24,000 bases of DNA. Source: an uncultured bacterium (lineage in GTDB: Bacteria > Bacillota > Clostridia > Oscillospirales > Oscillospiraceae). Location: NCBI GenBank assembly GCA_949840775.1, contig CATKXO010000007.1, forward strand, positions 24,744 to 48,743, in the 5' to 3' direction. Made by a program: the position numbers and the translations under genes. Within the stretch, counting starts at the first letter, position 1, and the number at the start of each line of letters is the position of its first letter. Shown here in pieces: positions 23,796-24,000 of the stretch. Below the pieces are notes generated by a model. The model did not search any database and was not told the origin of the DNA. It saw nothing but the letters and a program-made list of their open reading frames with translations.

Positions 23796-23861
23796 GTGGG
23801 GCCCGCCCCCCTGGGCGGGCCATAAATTGAGAAATGCCCCGCCCAGGGGGGCGGGGCCCAC
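23796..23861. repeat. Long GC-rich inverted repeat in the mreC-mreD gap
   Basis: gtggggcccgcccccctgggcgggc (23796-23820) / gccccgcccaggggggcggggcccac (23836-23861). Near-perfect complementarity around a 15-nt AT-rich loop. Confidence 0.85.
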
Positions 23862-23888
23862 ATAGGCAAAAGGAAAAGAGGACACCGA

Positions 23889-24000
23889 ATGACCCGCCGT
23901 GATTTCATCCACAAATGGCTTGTCTACGCCCTGGGCCTGCTGCCCGTCTGGGTGCTGGACGCCTATATCCTGCCCCGCTATCCCCTGTGGGGGGCGGTAA
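23889..24000 (+). CDS. mreD: Start of a membrane protein, likely MreD (truncated by the window edge)
   Basis: MTRRDFIHKWLVYALGLLPVWVLDAYILPRYPLWGAV..., open to the window end. A TM-like N-terminus directly after mreC. Confidence 0.65.
   Translation, partial: MTRRDFIHKWLVYALGLLPVWVLDAYILPRYPLWGAV

Overview
This is a 24 kb chromosomal window that reads like a high-GC, gut-type Clostridia genome (Oscillospiraceae-like; this is inferred from gene content and style). It is mostly housekeeping genes. In order: a truncated GH13 glucosidase; a Ca2+-type P-type ATPase; two small regulator/TA-type loci; spoIIP; a truncated miaB 5' fragment; a small RHH protein; ileS; rluD; lspA; dnaC-like and dnaD-like primosome genes; zapA; a U32 peptidase; a luxE-like/luxC-like pair; dut; a DUF2262-like protein; maf, mreC and the start of mreD. 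I found no CRISPR array, rRNA, tRNA, prophage or obvious multi-gene defence island. The best second-look items are: (1) an Ile-specifier T-box leader separated from ileS by a lower-GC zinc-ribbon gene; (2) a possible structured RNA with its own promoter upstream of lspA; (3) a luxE-luxC acyl-reductase pair with no luciferase genes nearby; (4) three same-orientation copies of a ~130-nt imperfect palindrome in operon leaders; (5) a divergent HTH/DUF6809-like locus with two matched operator-like dyads placed on a perfect consensus promoter; (6) a 47-codon miaB remnant that keeps its promoter, RBS and a terminator. All family names come from recognising motifs by eye. No database search was run.
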